DNA of 64,000 nucleotides from a bacterium. Its GTDB lineage: Bacteria; Electryoneota; Electryoneia; Electryoneales; Electryoneaceae. Positions 19,859 to 28,758 of this stretch are shown here, piece after piece. Below the pieces are notes generated by a model. That model saw only the letters and a program-made list of their open reading frames with translations, made no database searches and was not told the DNA's origin. Both the position numbers and the translations under genes were made by a program. Within the stretch, counting starts at the first letter, position 1. The number at the start of each line of letters is the position of its first letter. The stretch lies in contig OY769902.1 in assembly GCA_963669175.1 (NCBI GenBank), forward strand, positions 928,001-992,000. The letters run 5' to 3'.

Positions 19859-19899
19859 GGAACCCGTGACCGGACCACCACGTTACGGGTTCCTTTTTT
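19859..19899 (+). terminator. Stem-loop/terminator between gap and pgk
   Basis: GGAACCCGTGAC...GTTACGGGTTCC followed by TTTTTT. Confidence 0.7.
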
Positions 19900-19961
19900 C
19901 AACAGAAACAAGGTGATATGCCTGACGCAGAGTTGCGAACAGGGCCAAAGGAGGGCCTGTT

Positions 19962-21161
19962 ATGTTCGACAAGATGACCATAGACGACGTTGATGTACGG
20001 GGTAAAAAAGTTCTGATGCGAGTCGATTTTAACGTCCCCCTGACAGAAGACCAGGAGGTCGCGGATGACGCTCGCATTGTCGCATCCCTGCCAACGATTC
20101 GTAAGATTTTAAACGACGGTGGACGGCTGGTATTGATGAGTCATCTGGGCCGCCCGAAGGGCAAGCCGATGCCGAATTTCAGCCTGCGTCCCGCGGCCGG
20201 AAGGCTGTCGGAATTGTTGAACAAGCCGGTCAAACTGGCGCCGGATTGCATCGGACCGGAAGTAGTGGTGATGGTGGAGAGCCTTCACGACGGCGATGTG
20301 GTCCTGTTGGAGAATGTTCGTTTCTATCAGGAAGAGACGGATAACGATGCTGAATTCTCCCAGGCGTTGGCGCGTCTTGCTGATGTCTACGTCAATGATG
20401 CGTTCGGCAGTGCCCATCGGGCTCATGCGAGTGTAGAAGGGGTTGCCCACCACGTTACTCCGGCTGTCGCCGGGTACCTGATGAAAAAAGAGCTGGAGTA
20501 TCTTGGCAAAGCTCTGAATACCCCGAAGCGTCCCTTTGTTGCGATGCTGGGCGGGGCGAAGATCAGCGGCAAAATTGACGTCATCGAAAACATGCTGCCG
20601 AAGGTGGATGCATTTCTGTTGGGAGGCGCGATGACATTCACCTTTGATGCCTGCGAAGGGCTAAAGGTCGGTACGTCTCTGGTCGAACAGGAACGTATGG
20701 ACATGGCGAAAGATCTGCTGGCCAAGTTCGGCAATGTGGACGCAAAAGTCATGCTGCCGTTGGACTATGTGGTCGCGGACAGCTTTTCCGCAGATGCAAA
20801 GACTGCGGTTGTCAATCGTGGCGAGATTCCTGACGGCTGGATGGGACTGGACATCGGTCCCAGGACAATCGAAGCCTATTCGAAGATGCTTGAAGAGGCT
20901 GGAACAGTAGCCTGGAACGGTCCGATGGGTGTATTTGAAATGAAACCTTTCGCATTGGGCACGCGTGCAGTAGCAGAAGCCTTGGCCAAGGCGACCTCGA
21001 AGGGTGCGGTTACGGTTGTCGGCGGTGGTGATTCTGCCGCGGCGCTGGCGGACTTCGGGCTCACGGGTGCGGTATCTCATGTGTCCACCGGAGGCGGAGC
21101 CTCACTCGAATTCATGGCTGGCAAGGTTCTGCCCGGAGTTGCAGCGCTTTCAGATCGATAA
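19962..21161 (+). CDS. pgk: Phosphoglycerate kinase
   Basis: [42 protein letters not shown]. Confidence 0.98.
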   Translation: MFDKMTIDDVDVRGKKVLMRVDFNVPLTEDQEVADDARIVASLPTIRKILNDGGRLVLMSHLGRPKGKPMPNFSLRPAAGRLSELLNKPVKLAPDCIGPEVVVMVESLHDGDVVLLENVRFYQEETDNDAEFSQALARLADVYVNDAFGSAHRAHASVEGVAHHVTPAVAGYLMKKELEYLGKALNTPKRPFVAMLGGAKISGKIDVIENMLPKVDAFLLGGAMTFTFDACEGLKVGTSLVEQERMDMAKDLLAKFGNVDAKVMLPLDYVVADSFSADAKTAVVNRGEIPDGWMGLDIGPRTIEAYSKMLEEAGTVAWNGPMGVFEMKPFALGTRAVAEALAKATSKGAVTVVGGGDSAAALADFGLTGAVSHVSTGGGASLEFMAGKVLPGVAALSDR

Positions 21162-21229
21162 AGTTGGCTGTATTTTAACAGAATGTCTGAACGCCCGATG
21201 GTGGGTTGGGGGTTAACGAGGTAGGTGCT

Positions 21230-21982
21230 ATGCGCAAAAAACTGATCGCAGGTAACTGGAAAATGCATCTGTCTGCGGATGAAGCAGTAGAGCTTGCAAA
21301 ATCTATTGTTTCAGCGGCAGGCGATAATGGACCGGATGTGCTGTTATGTCCCTCTTTTACATTGTTGAGTTATGTAAAGCATGTTGTGACAGGCTCGCGT
21401 GTGGCCGTGGGCGCCCAGAATGTATATTGGGAACCCAAAGGTGCGTTCACCGGTGAGATCTCCGCTTCCATGCTGGTGGATGCCGGTTGTAGCCATGTCA
21501 TTATCGGACATAGCGAACGTCGTCAGTATTTCGGAGAGACTGACGCCAGTGTGAACCGCAGGACACGTGCGGCGCTCGACGCGGGATTGGTTCCCATCGT
21601 ATGTGTCGGGGAGACCCTCGAGGAACGCGAAGAAGGTCATACTGAAGAGGTAATCGAGCAGCAGATCAGTGGTGCATTTGAACGGTTCACGGCCGAAGAT
21701 ATGCAGAAAATCGTCGTTGCTTATGAGCCTGTCTGGGCGATCGGAACCGGAAAAACCGCAACACCGGACACAGCACAGCAGGTTCACGCTCTGATTCGGA
21801 GCTGGATCACGGAGCGTTATAGCGACAAGGTTGCCCAGGAAATTCGCATCCTTTACGGTGGTTCCATGAAACCGTCCAACGCCGTAGAACTGTTGTCGCA
21901 GGAAGATATTGATGGTGGGCTGGTTGGTGGCGCGAGCCTGAAAGCCGACCAGTTCAGTGAGATAATCAAGGCGGCTCGCTAG
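21230..21982 (+). CDS. tpiA: Triosephosphate isomerase
   Basis: AGNWKM, GHSERR, AYEPVWAIGTG, YGGS, LVGGASL. Confidence 0.98.
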   Translation: MRKKLIAGNWKMHLSADEAVELAKSIVSAAGDNGPDVLLCPSFTLLSYVKHVVTGSRVAVGAQNVYWEPKGAFTGEISASMLVDAGCSHVIIGHSERRQYFGETDASVNRRTRAALDAGLVPIVCVGETLEEREEGHTEEVIEQQISGAFERFTAEDMQKIVVAYEPVWAIGTGKTATPDTAQQVHALIRSWITERYSDKVAQEIRILYGGSMKPSNAVELLSQEDIDGGLVGGASLKADQFSEIIKAAR

Positions 21983-22061
21983 AGCCCGAAAAGGCTTGCG
22001 AGACCGTAACCTTCGATCTAAATTACGTGGCTTCAAGCACAACCGAACGTAGAGACTTAAC

Positions 22062-22454
22062 ATGCAGGAAGTACTGTACATCATTTTGCTGGTTCTGCAC
22101 ATCCTGGTATCGATCTTTCTGGTCGTCGCTGTGTTGATGCAGCGCGCCAAGGGTGGCGGACTGGCAGGTATCGCAGGTGGCGCAGCCTCGCAGGCCATGT
22201 TTGGCGGGCGTGGAGCGGCAACCCTGCTGCACAAGGTTACCATTGGACTCGCCATTTCGTTTGGCGTGATCTGCCTTTTGCTGGGTGTGCTGTCCAAGGG
22301 AATGAGTTCCAAGCATTCCGTGGTACAGCAGGAACTGGAAGCCAACCCGTTGCAGGAAATGCTGGGCACTGCCCCGTCCGCAACCACGGCTCCCGTTGAA
22401 GCGCCTATAGCAGCTCCGGCGGCTGATCCGATGGATGCAGCGACCCAGGAGTAA
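22062..22454 (+). CDS. secG: Preprotein translocase subunit SecG
   Basis: VLMQRAKGGGL motif between two TM helices; canonical tpiA-secG-tRNA-Leu order. Confidence 0.92.
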   Translation: MQEVLYIILLVLHILVSIFLVVAVLMQRAKGGGLAGIAGGAASQAMFGGRGAATLLHKVTIGLAISFGVICLLLGVLSKGMSSKHSVVQQELEANPLQEMLGTAPSATTAPVEAPIAAPAADPMDAATQE

Positions 22455-22517
22455 GTAATACCGTTTGAGTGTTGCACCGGGTTGTTTCATCCGAGAGAAC
22501 CCGGGTTGACATAGGTT

Positions 22518-22604
22518 GCCGGAGTGGTGGAATTGGCAGACACGCTGTGTTGAGGGCGCAGTGTCCTACTGGACGTGCCGGTTCGAGTCCGGCCTCCGGC
22601 ACCA
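22518..22604 (+). tRNA. tRNA-Leu(GAG)
   Basis: GCCGGAG/CTCCGGC-ACCA, anticodon loop TTGAGGG, variable arm, GGTTCGAGTCC. Confidence 0.95.
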
Positions 22605-22612
22605 TTTTTTTT

Positions 22613-22801
22613 CAAAAACAGGGACTGACCCAAGGGGTCTGTCCCTGTTTTTGTCTCATCAAGTGAAAAAAGCAGGCAGTGAAAAAAGTGAAAAAGGTAG
22701 CCCGGCCATGCCTGGCCGGGAGTTTGAAAGTTGACAAGTTAGAAAGTTCTAAAGTTGTTGAGCGAAAACCGGGACTAACCCATCGCACTCTGTCCAGTTT
22801 T
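22613..22801. repeat. Repeat cluster: GGGACTGACCC palindromes, GTGAAAAAA array, GTAG-REP, AAAGTT array
   Basis: Palindrome 22613-22653 (relatives at 15702-15740 and 22765-22801); GTAG-CCCGGCCATGCCTGGCCGGG at 22697-22720; AAAGTT array 22721-22756, also at 25069-25104. Confidence 0.75.
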
Positions 22802-22830
22802 CAGAAATGTTCTAACACCATAATATCAGT

Positions 22831-22990
22831 ACGTTTGGCCCGACTCCTCGCGAAGGCGGGGATCTCCTGTCGGGATGCTGAAGGGATTGGTGTTATAGTA
22901 GTATTGAAATACCCTTGTTGGCGTGGTTTTTTCGTTTGCTGTATCTCAGCGGGCGCAGAAACCCGACAACAAGCAGTCGGGCCACGCGCC
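22831..22990. repeat. REP doublet (REPIN-like), copy 1
   Basis: Inverted REPs TTGGCCCGAC...GTCGGG and CCCGAC...GTCGGGCCAC; 122 bp (22869-22990) matches 25145-25266 with 2 mismatches. Confidence 0.88.
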
Positions 22991-23033
22991 CTGGATATAA
23001 GGGTTTAATTCGATGGAAAAGGGGAATTGCTGG

Positions 23034-23281
23034 CGGAAAATGGGGACTGCCACACTTTTCGTCTGCGAATATGCCAGATATTGTTGACCATGTTTCATTT
23101 ATACGCAAAATCATTAATCGCTGGGAAGATATGTTGCGAAAAGGTGGCTGTCCCAGCATTTTCCGGTCCGGAACCATCTTACAGAACAGGCAAAAAATTT
23201 GGTACAGTTACCTTTTCAGCAATACTGATGTGATTGTTCTGCATTCGAGAGCATGAAAAGGTAACAGTCCCATTTTTTGCC
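23034..23281. repeat. Four-box twin-hairpin element, family A (copy 1)
   Basis: Boxes at 23034, 23137, 23189 and 23255; box1:box2 and box3:box4 are inverted repeats; the same boxes and spacing occur at 40049-40293. Confidence 0.85.
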
Positions 23282-23412
23282 TGCTTGCCCATTCAAAATA
23301 GCGAGGAACCGTATTCTTTCATCCTTACCATCCTGTCAATCCTGTAAATTCTTCCAGAAAGCCTCTATCCTGTTTATCCGCCCGGGTGCAAGCACGCCGG
23401 GCCACGCGGCTT

Positions 23413-25032
23413 TTACCGTACGAGCATCAGGCGTTTCACATATGCCGTTTGCTCCGTTGTAATCCTCAGGAAATAGACACCGCTTGCCAGGAATGAGCTC
23501 TCAGGTGATGATCCATTCCACTCAAACTGCACCCTTGTTGGATGTTCCGGAAAGGAACGGTCGTACACAGTTCTGCCAAGAATGTCGGAAATGGTAATCG
23601 ATTGGACCGGCTCACCCTTTAGCGAGATCCGAACCTCAGCATTGAACGGGTTGGGATACAGATCGATAGCAAGCTGTTCCGGCAGAGCAGTCGTTGTTTC
23701 ACCCGGTGTAACCTGGTGCGGACTGACGCCGAGATAACCGTCGGCCGTGATCCGTCCCAGGATGGAAGCGCCATAGCCCACACCGGTCGCGAAGATCGCA
23801 CCGCCCCGTCCATCACTGCAGGCATGTGTGTCGAACAGGTGATATCCCGGATCATGTTCGAACATATCCAGGTCTTCCCTGATCAGGTTGCCGCAGGAAT
23901 CATAGACAGACGCAGTAAACCGTAAGCCCAGTTCACCGTATTCGCGGATATTGAAGCGTACCAGTGAACCGTTGTCCGTAGCAAATGGCAGATCACAGCT
24001 ACCGTCCAGAATATCGAGGATTTCTACCACGTTTTGGCTGGCCGTAATCCGGTAGTAGTAGTCGTAGAAATACCTGTATTGCAGCCAGTAAGCGTTGCCG
24101 TTGGGTTCCGGTGCCGTTTCCACCCAGGTGTATCGGTTCAGGTTGTTGAAATGGTATGTCGGCGGTTCCCAGACATACTCCAAGTCCGGATCGAGGAGCA
24201 TGGCATCCCATTCGCTGAAAAGAAACAGGTCGCCATCGCATGTGGTAGAGGCTGCTTCAAGATAGGATAAGCCGGTGATTTCGGGTAACGCTGAATCAGG
24301 ATAGACGGCTCCGTCTTCAAGGATATGTTGTACTGAAACGGCTGTTGATTCATCATCAAACTCAAGGTTCTGCAACTGATATAAACCACCGTTATGATCA
24401 GTAAAAACTGTATGTACACCATGTAAGTAATCGCTAATATTATAATAATAAGGATAAGGCATTAAGATATCACCTTGATTAGAGAATTTTATTATTCCTC
24501 TCATAATATCATTGTTATAATTCCAAAAAGTGAACCAGAATCCATCCGTTGTATCGGCGAAGAAATGGCCGATACCAAAGTAATCCGGGATAGCTATTCC
24601 GTCATCACCCCAAAGTTGTTGGCCGTTCACATCAATTTTCTTCAGACGATCTGAATACCAGACATCATCTTCCCATATTCCTATTCTATACACAAGACTG
24701 TGATCGGATAATGTTATCGAACTACCATACATTGATGGGATGGAATCGCCAACCCACATGTTGGCGCGTACGGGGCCATCGGGAAAGGTCATGTTGCCAT
24801 TGGCATCAAAATGCAATATCCAATGGCTGTTAACCTGGAATGCAGAAGAGGTGATCAGGTAAGCGCCACCCAGACCATCAGCGTGCAAATCCGTAACAGA
24901 TGAAAGCTGAAAGTTAATGAAATAAGGATCTTCAGGATCTGTATACCATTCGGCAGAGAGAGAACAGGGCAGGCTAAGGGCCAGTATCAATAGCAGCCTT
25001 TTCGACCAATCGGATATGCCAAAGTGTATCAC
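23413..25032 (-). CDS. Secreted protein with T9SS-type C-terminal domain (beta-propeller-like 'DG.GG' repeats)
   Basis: GTG start after GGAGG; signal peptide; ADGLGGAY, TDHNGGLY and SDGRGGAI repeats; YPNPFN...ASGVYFLRI C-terminus. Confidence 0.8.
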   Translation of the reverse strand: MIHFGISDWSKRLLLILALSLPCSLSAEWYTDPEDPYFINFQLSSVTDLHADGLGGAYLITSSAFQVNSHWILHFDANGNMTFPDGPVRANMWVGDSIPSMYGSSITLSDHSLVYRIGIWEDDVWYSDRLKKIDVNGQQLWGDDGIAIPDYFGIGHFFADTTDGFWFTFWNYNNDIMRGIIKFSNQGDILMPYPYYYNISDYLHGVHTVFTDHNGGLYQLQNLEFDDESTAVSVQHILEDGAVYPDSALPEITGLSYLEAASTTCDGDLFLFSEWDAMLLDPDLEYVWEPPTYHFNNLNRYTWVETAPEPNGNAYWLQYRYFYDYYYRITASQNVVEILDILDGSCDLPFATDNGSLVRFNIREYGELGLRFTASVYDSCGNLIREDLDMFEHDPGYHLFDTHACSDGRGGAIFATGVGYGASILGRITADGYLGVSPHQVTPGETTTALPEQLAIDLYPNPFNAEVRISLKGEPVQSITISDILGRTVYDRSFPEHPTRVQFEWNGSSPESSFLASGVYFLRITTEQTAYVKRLMLVR

Positions 25033-25068
25033 ATTTCCTCCTGTATGGGGCAATCATTCACTTTTGTA

Positions 25069-25443
25069 AGTTTGAAAGTTGACAAGGTAGAAAGTTTAAA
25101 AGTTATCTTATCAAATTATCACACGTTTGGCCCGACTGCTTGCAGTCGGGATGCTGAAGAGATTGGTGTTATAGTAGTATTGAAATACCCTTGTTGGCGT
25201 GGTTTTTTCGTTTGCTGTATCTCAGCGGGCGCAGAAACCCGACAGCAAGCAGTCGGGCCACGCGCCGAAAGCCTTTATCCTGTAAGTCTGCCCGGGTGCA
25301 AGCACACCGGGCCACGCGGTCTGCTTACCCATTCAAAATAGAGAGGAACCGTATACCTTAATTCTTATCATCCTTACCATCCTGTCTATCCTGTACATTA
25401 TTCCCTCAAGCCTTCATCCTTGCTATCCTATCATCCTGTGAGT
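25069..25443. repeat. Repeat cluster: AAAGTT array, REP doublet copy 2, REP and AGGAT arrays
   Basis: Direct-repeat matches to 22721-22756, 22831-22990, 23357-23409 and 23281-23346. Confidence 0.88.
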
Positions 25444-28400
25444 CTAGTGAGTCTTGTGAGCCAAAAAGAGCTGGTGGAATTCTGAGGCGGCTTTCCGGTA
25501 AAAAGTCCAGTCAGCTTCAGTGACAGCGATACTCTTCCGTACCCCCGGCGACAGAAAGACCAGTTCTGCCTGTGCCTGTGTGGTTTGCCAGGCGGACATC
25601 AGAGCCAGCGCGTACAGTCGTGCCTGGTGATCGTAGCCATGTTCATGTATCCGCTGGTCCAGCGAATTGGCATCCCAACGATTTGTTTTATAATCGAGTA
25701 GATAGGCTGTGCCATCCTGCAACCAGGCCAGGTCAGCACGTCCGGTCAGGGTCAACGGCCCCAGCTCAAACCGTATCCCAACCTCACGTTTCGCCTGCAA
25801 GGGGATCGTGTGCAGACCGAGCGAGCGTCCGTGTTCAAATAGAGCCTTCACCCACGATTCAATTGACGAAACCTGATTCTTTCCGACCAATAAATCCAGC
25901 GTGGAATGGACCTCGCTACGCGCCTGTTCCCAGGAACAGCCCGGTCCGAAACGTTGGTACAGGCGGTGAACCAGCGAGCCGATCTCCGAAGCCGTCTCAC
26001 GTGGGAATTGTTGGGACACCAATCCATCATCCGGGAAGACTTCGTGATCGTCGGAAGCGTCTTCATTGTCGCCGTCTTCAAACAGTTTATGGATGCTCGC
26101 TTTCCCCGGAGCTGCAAGGTATGCCCCGAATGCGGTCACACTCAGAACCAGCTTGTCCGGCGGTTCCGGGGAGGCAAGCCGAACCTGCGGATCTTCTATC
26201 GGTTCGGTTGGAAGTTGCCAGTTTTTCTCGAGATCGACAGCCTGCAAAGTGTTGCCTGACAAAGACGACGTATCCATAGCTTCTGCGCTGATCAGGGTCA
26301 GTTTGATACGGTCATCCGGTGGATCAAGGAAGGTTTCGTTTTCTGATTCCACCTGTAACGCGTCCAGCCATTTGGGCAGGGACCCGCAACGTCCGGCGGA
26401 CAGGGAACCGTCTTTCTTAAAGGTGGCCCGGCTGACCAGGAGCAGACGATCTCGCGCACGGGTAGCCGCCACATACATCAGTCGTTTCTCTTCCGCTTCA
26501 GCTTCAGCAGGGGAGAAGACTTCACGCATCCACCAGTGCAGAGGACGCTCCGGCCTGGACTCATCGGCCACATCCAGCATGCCCAGGTCATACAACGCCG
26601 GGTTGCCCAGTTCACGATACGGCCCGGAAGGTATCATCAGGTTGCCGCCACGCTTGTTGCTGCCTGATTTCATGCCGCCGGTCAGGTCTGCCAGCACGAC
26701 ATAGGGAAATTCCAGTCCCTTGGATTTGTGATAGGTCAGGATACGGATACCGTGTCCTTCGCTCAGGTCCGCCTGGCCGCTGACCTCATCGCCACCGCTT
26801 TCGAACAGCTCGACTAGCGCATGTCCTACTTGCCGCACTGATAATGCGCCCTGTCCGGCCAGCCCACGTATGATATCCAACAACTTGAAAACATTTGCTA
26901 CACGTTGCTCTCCCTCAATCCCGGACGCATACGCCGCCAGAGCGCCACTCCGGGTCAGAGCGTACAACAGCAGGTCCGCCGGGGCAATACTATCTTTCCG
27001 GTCCTCAAGCTCCCGCCATAAGGCCAATCCCTGTCTCAGTTTGGAGACAGCCTCTTCACTCAGAACTTCAGGCGGCCAGTCTGGGGGAATCTTGCCCTCG
27101 GCGAGGGTTTGCCAGGCTTGGAGAGGTTCTTCATTCAGAAGGTGAAAAAGGCTGACGATGGTGTCCGGGAAATTAAAAAACGGTTCTCGCCATACCCCGG
27201 TCCAGGCGACACGGTCACGTTGATCACCCAACGCCAGCAACAGGTTCAGTTGATCGAGCACTTCCTGACGTTGCGCAAAACCACCTTCCCCTTCGGGGCG
27301 AGGATGCAAACCAGCAGCTCGCAATGCATCCGCGATGGTGGTCAAACGCCCCCGTGTACGCAACAGGATGATGATGTCATCCTCTTCCAGGGGACGCAGG
27401 CCATTTTCACCAACCACCTGAACCGTTCCGATTTCAGCCTTCAAACGGGTTGCCAGTTGCTGATACAGGACTTCGTCCGATAAACACGGCGCCAGCATTA
27501 ACTCACAAAGTGGCCCTCCCGGCGCATCTGTCGTGGAGCGCATCGGAGACAGCGGCTGTGGGATCGCTTCAAAAGGTAATGGCTTGCTATGCGGGGGCTG
27601 AAGCAGACGATCGAACACCGGATTCAGGGTGTCAACCAACGGCGGCAGGGTACGGAAATTGTCGTTCAGGTTGACAAAACGTCCGGTTCGCTGGGCCGCT
27701 TCACGGTCTACCGTGCCGCACATCTTCTGCATGGCGAGCTGAACCACGGTAACATTGGCTTCACGGAACCCGTAAATTGATTGTTTTTCATCTCCGACCA
27801 GGAATAGGCGGTCCGGATCGAAGTTGCCATTCTGGTCAAGGGTAAGAAGCTGGAAGATTTCCCACTGAATGGTGGACGTATCCTGAAATTCATCGATCAG
27901 AAGAGTTCGCATGGACCGTCTGATTCGCTTCGCCACCTCGGGTTGTGTGGATAGCAGACGCAGTGTCAGTTGCTCGAGATCATCGCTGGACAGTTCCGTA
28001 TCCGGTGCAGCGCCCCCGGAAACCAGCGGCAGCGCAACATGGGCGAGGGCTTGGAGATGATGGATATACTCACCGTGTGTACCCGGGGTGGCTTCCGGCG
28101 CTTTTTTTGTCGTTCCGGTTTTCATCGTTTCCGGCCAGTCGGCAACCAGCATTCCCAGGTTTGAATCCAACTCCTGCTTTGCCGCATCCGGATTATCCAG
28201 CATTCGCTTCAAGGCTTCCTGCAAGCCACGGTTGGAAATGACGTATAGCACCAGGTTTTCGATGGCGTCACGGCTGCCCAGCGCGTTAAGCAGGATTTCA
28301 AGATCAGCATTCCGTTGATAGCCAAGCCGACGTATATGTTCGTGAACCTGGGTGAAGCGTGCAGGGTTGCCCTGATCTTTCACTGAAAAACCCGGATCAA

Positions 28401-28758
28401 CCCCAGCTTCGAATGGATACGCCCGAAGCAGACTGCCGCAGAAGCTGTGTATAGTGCTGATACGCGCCCAGGGCATCCGTTCACGCCGTTCCCGCCAGAA
28501 GTCACGTCCCGGCGCCTGATCCATCGCTTCACGTTTCAGCAGTGTTTTATAGACTTTTGATTTGAGCTGAGCGGCAGCTTTACGTGTGAACGTGACAGCA
28601 ACAACCTGATCCGGGAAGTATTCCAACTGATCCAGCAGTCGCATGTAGCGTTCGACCAGAACGGTTGTTTTTCCCGATCCGGCTCCGGCCAGCACCAGCT
28701 TCCCACGTGTCAGATCCAACGCATCCGTCTGTCTTGGCGTGTAGCGTATCTCGCTCAT
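25444..28758 (-). CDS. addA: ATP-dependent helicase/nuclease AddA (UvrD/RecB-like)
   Basis: AGAGSGKT, TFTRKAA, STIHSF, IDEFQDT, VGDEKQSIYGFR, TYHKSKGLEF, YVAATRA; C-terminal nuclease GRADL..LDYKT..Q..Y. Confidence 0.9.
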   Translation of the reverse strand: MSEIRYTPRQTDALDLTRGKLVLAGAGSGKTTVLVERYMRLLDQLEYFPDQVVAVTFTRKAAAQLKSKVYKTLLKREAMDQAPGRDFWRERRERMPWARISTIHSFCGSLLRAYPFEAGVDPGFSVKDQGNPARFTQVHEHIRRLGYQRNADLEILLNALGSRDAIENLVLYVISNRGLQEALKRMLDNPDAAKQELDSNLGMLVADWPETMKTGTTKKAPEATPGTHGEYIHHLQALAHVALPLVSGGAAPDTELSSDDLEQLTLRLLSTQPEVAKRIRRSMRTLLIDEFQDTSTIQWEIFQLLTLDQNGNFDPDRLFLVGDEKQSIYGFREANVTVVQLAMQKMCGTVDREAAQRTGRFVNLNDNFRTLPPLVDTLNPVFDRLLQPPHSKPLPFEAIPQPLSPMRSTTDAPGGPLCELMLAPCLSDEVLYQQLATRLKAEIGTVQVVGENGLRPLEEDDIIILLRTRGRLTTIADALRAAGLHPRPEGEGGFAQRQEVLDQLNLLLALGDQRDRVAWTGVWREPFFNFPDTIVSLFHLLNEEPLQAWQTLAEGKIPPDWPPEVLSEEAVSKLRQGLALWRELEDRKDSIAPADLLLYALTRSGALAAYASGIEGEQRVANVFKLLDIIRGLAGQGALSVRQVGHALVELFESGGDEVSGQADLSEGHGIRILTYHKSKGLEFPYVVLADLTGGMKSGSNKRGGNLMIPSGPYRELGNPALYDLGMLDVADESRPERPLHWWMREVFSPAEAEAEEKRLMYVAATRARDRLLLVSRATFKKDGSLSAGRCGSLPKWLDALQVESENETFLDPPDDRIKLTLISAEAMDTSSLSGNTLQAVDLEKNWQLPTEPIEDPQVRLASPEPPDKLVLSVTAFGAYLAAPGKASIHKLFEDGDNEDASDDHEVFPDDGLVSQQFPRETASEIGSLVHRLYQRFGPGCSWEQARSEVHSTLDLLVGKNQVSSIESWVKALFEHGRSLGLHTIPLQAKREVGIRFELGPLTLTGRADLAWLQDGTAYLLDYKTNRWDANSLDQRIHEHGYDHQARLYALALMSAWQTTQAQAELVFLSPGVRKSIAVTEADWTFYRKAASEFHQLFLAHKTH

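Noticed and set aside
22869-25266. DGR template/variable repeat pair
   Set aside because: Neither copy lies in a gene, there are only two mismatches, and no reverse transcriptase is present
22679-25341. Paralogous small ORFs 22679-23008 and 25024-25341 sharing 'IGVIVVLKYPCWRGFFVCC'
   Set aside because: The similarity is just the translated REP doublet; there is no SD and they cross repeat boundaries
22518-25443. tRNA-anchored integrative island or prophage
   Set aside because: I found no integrase and no duplicated tRNA 3' end (att site)
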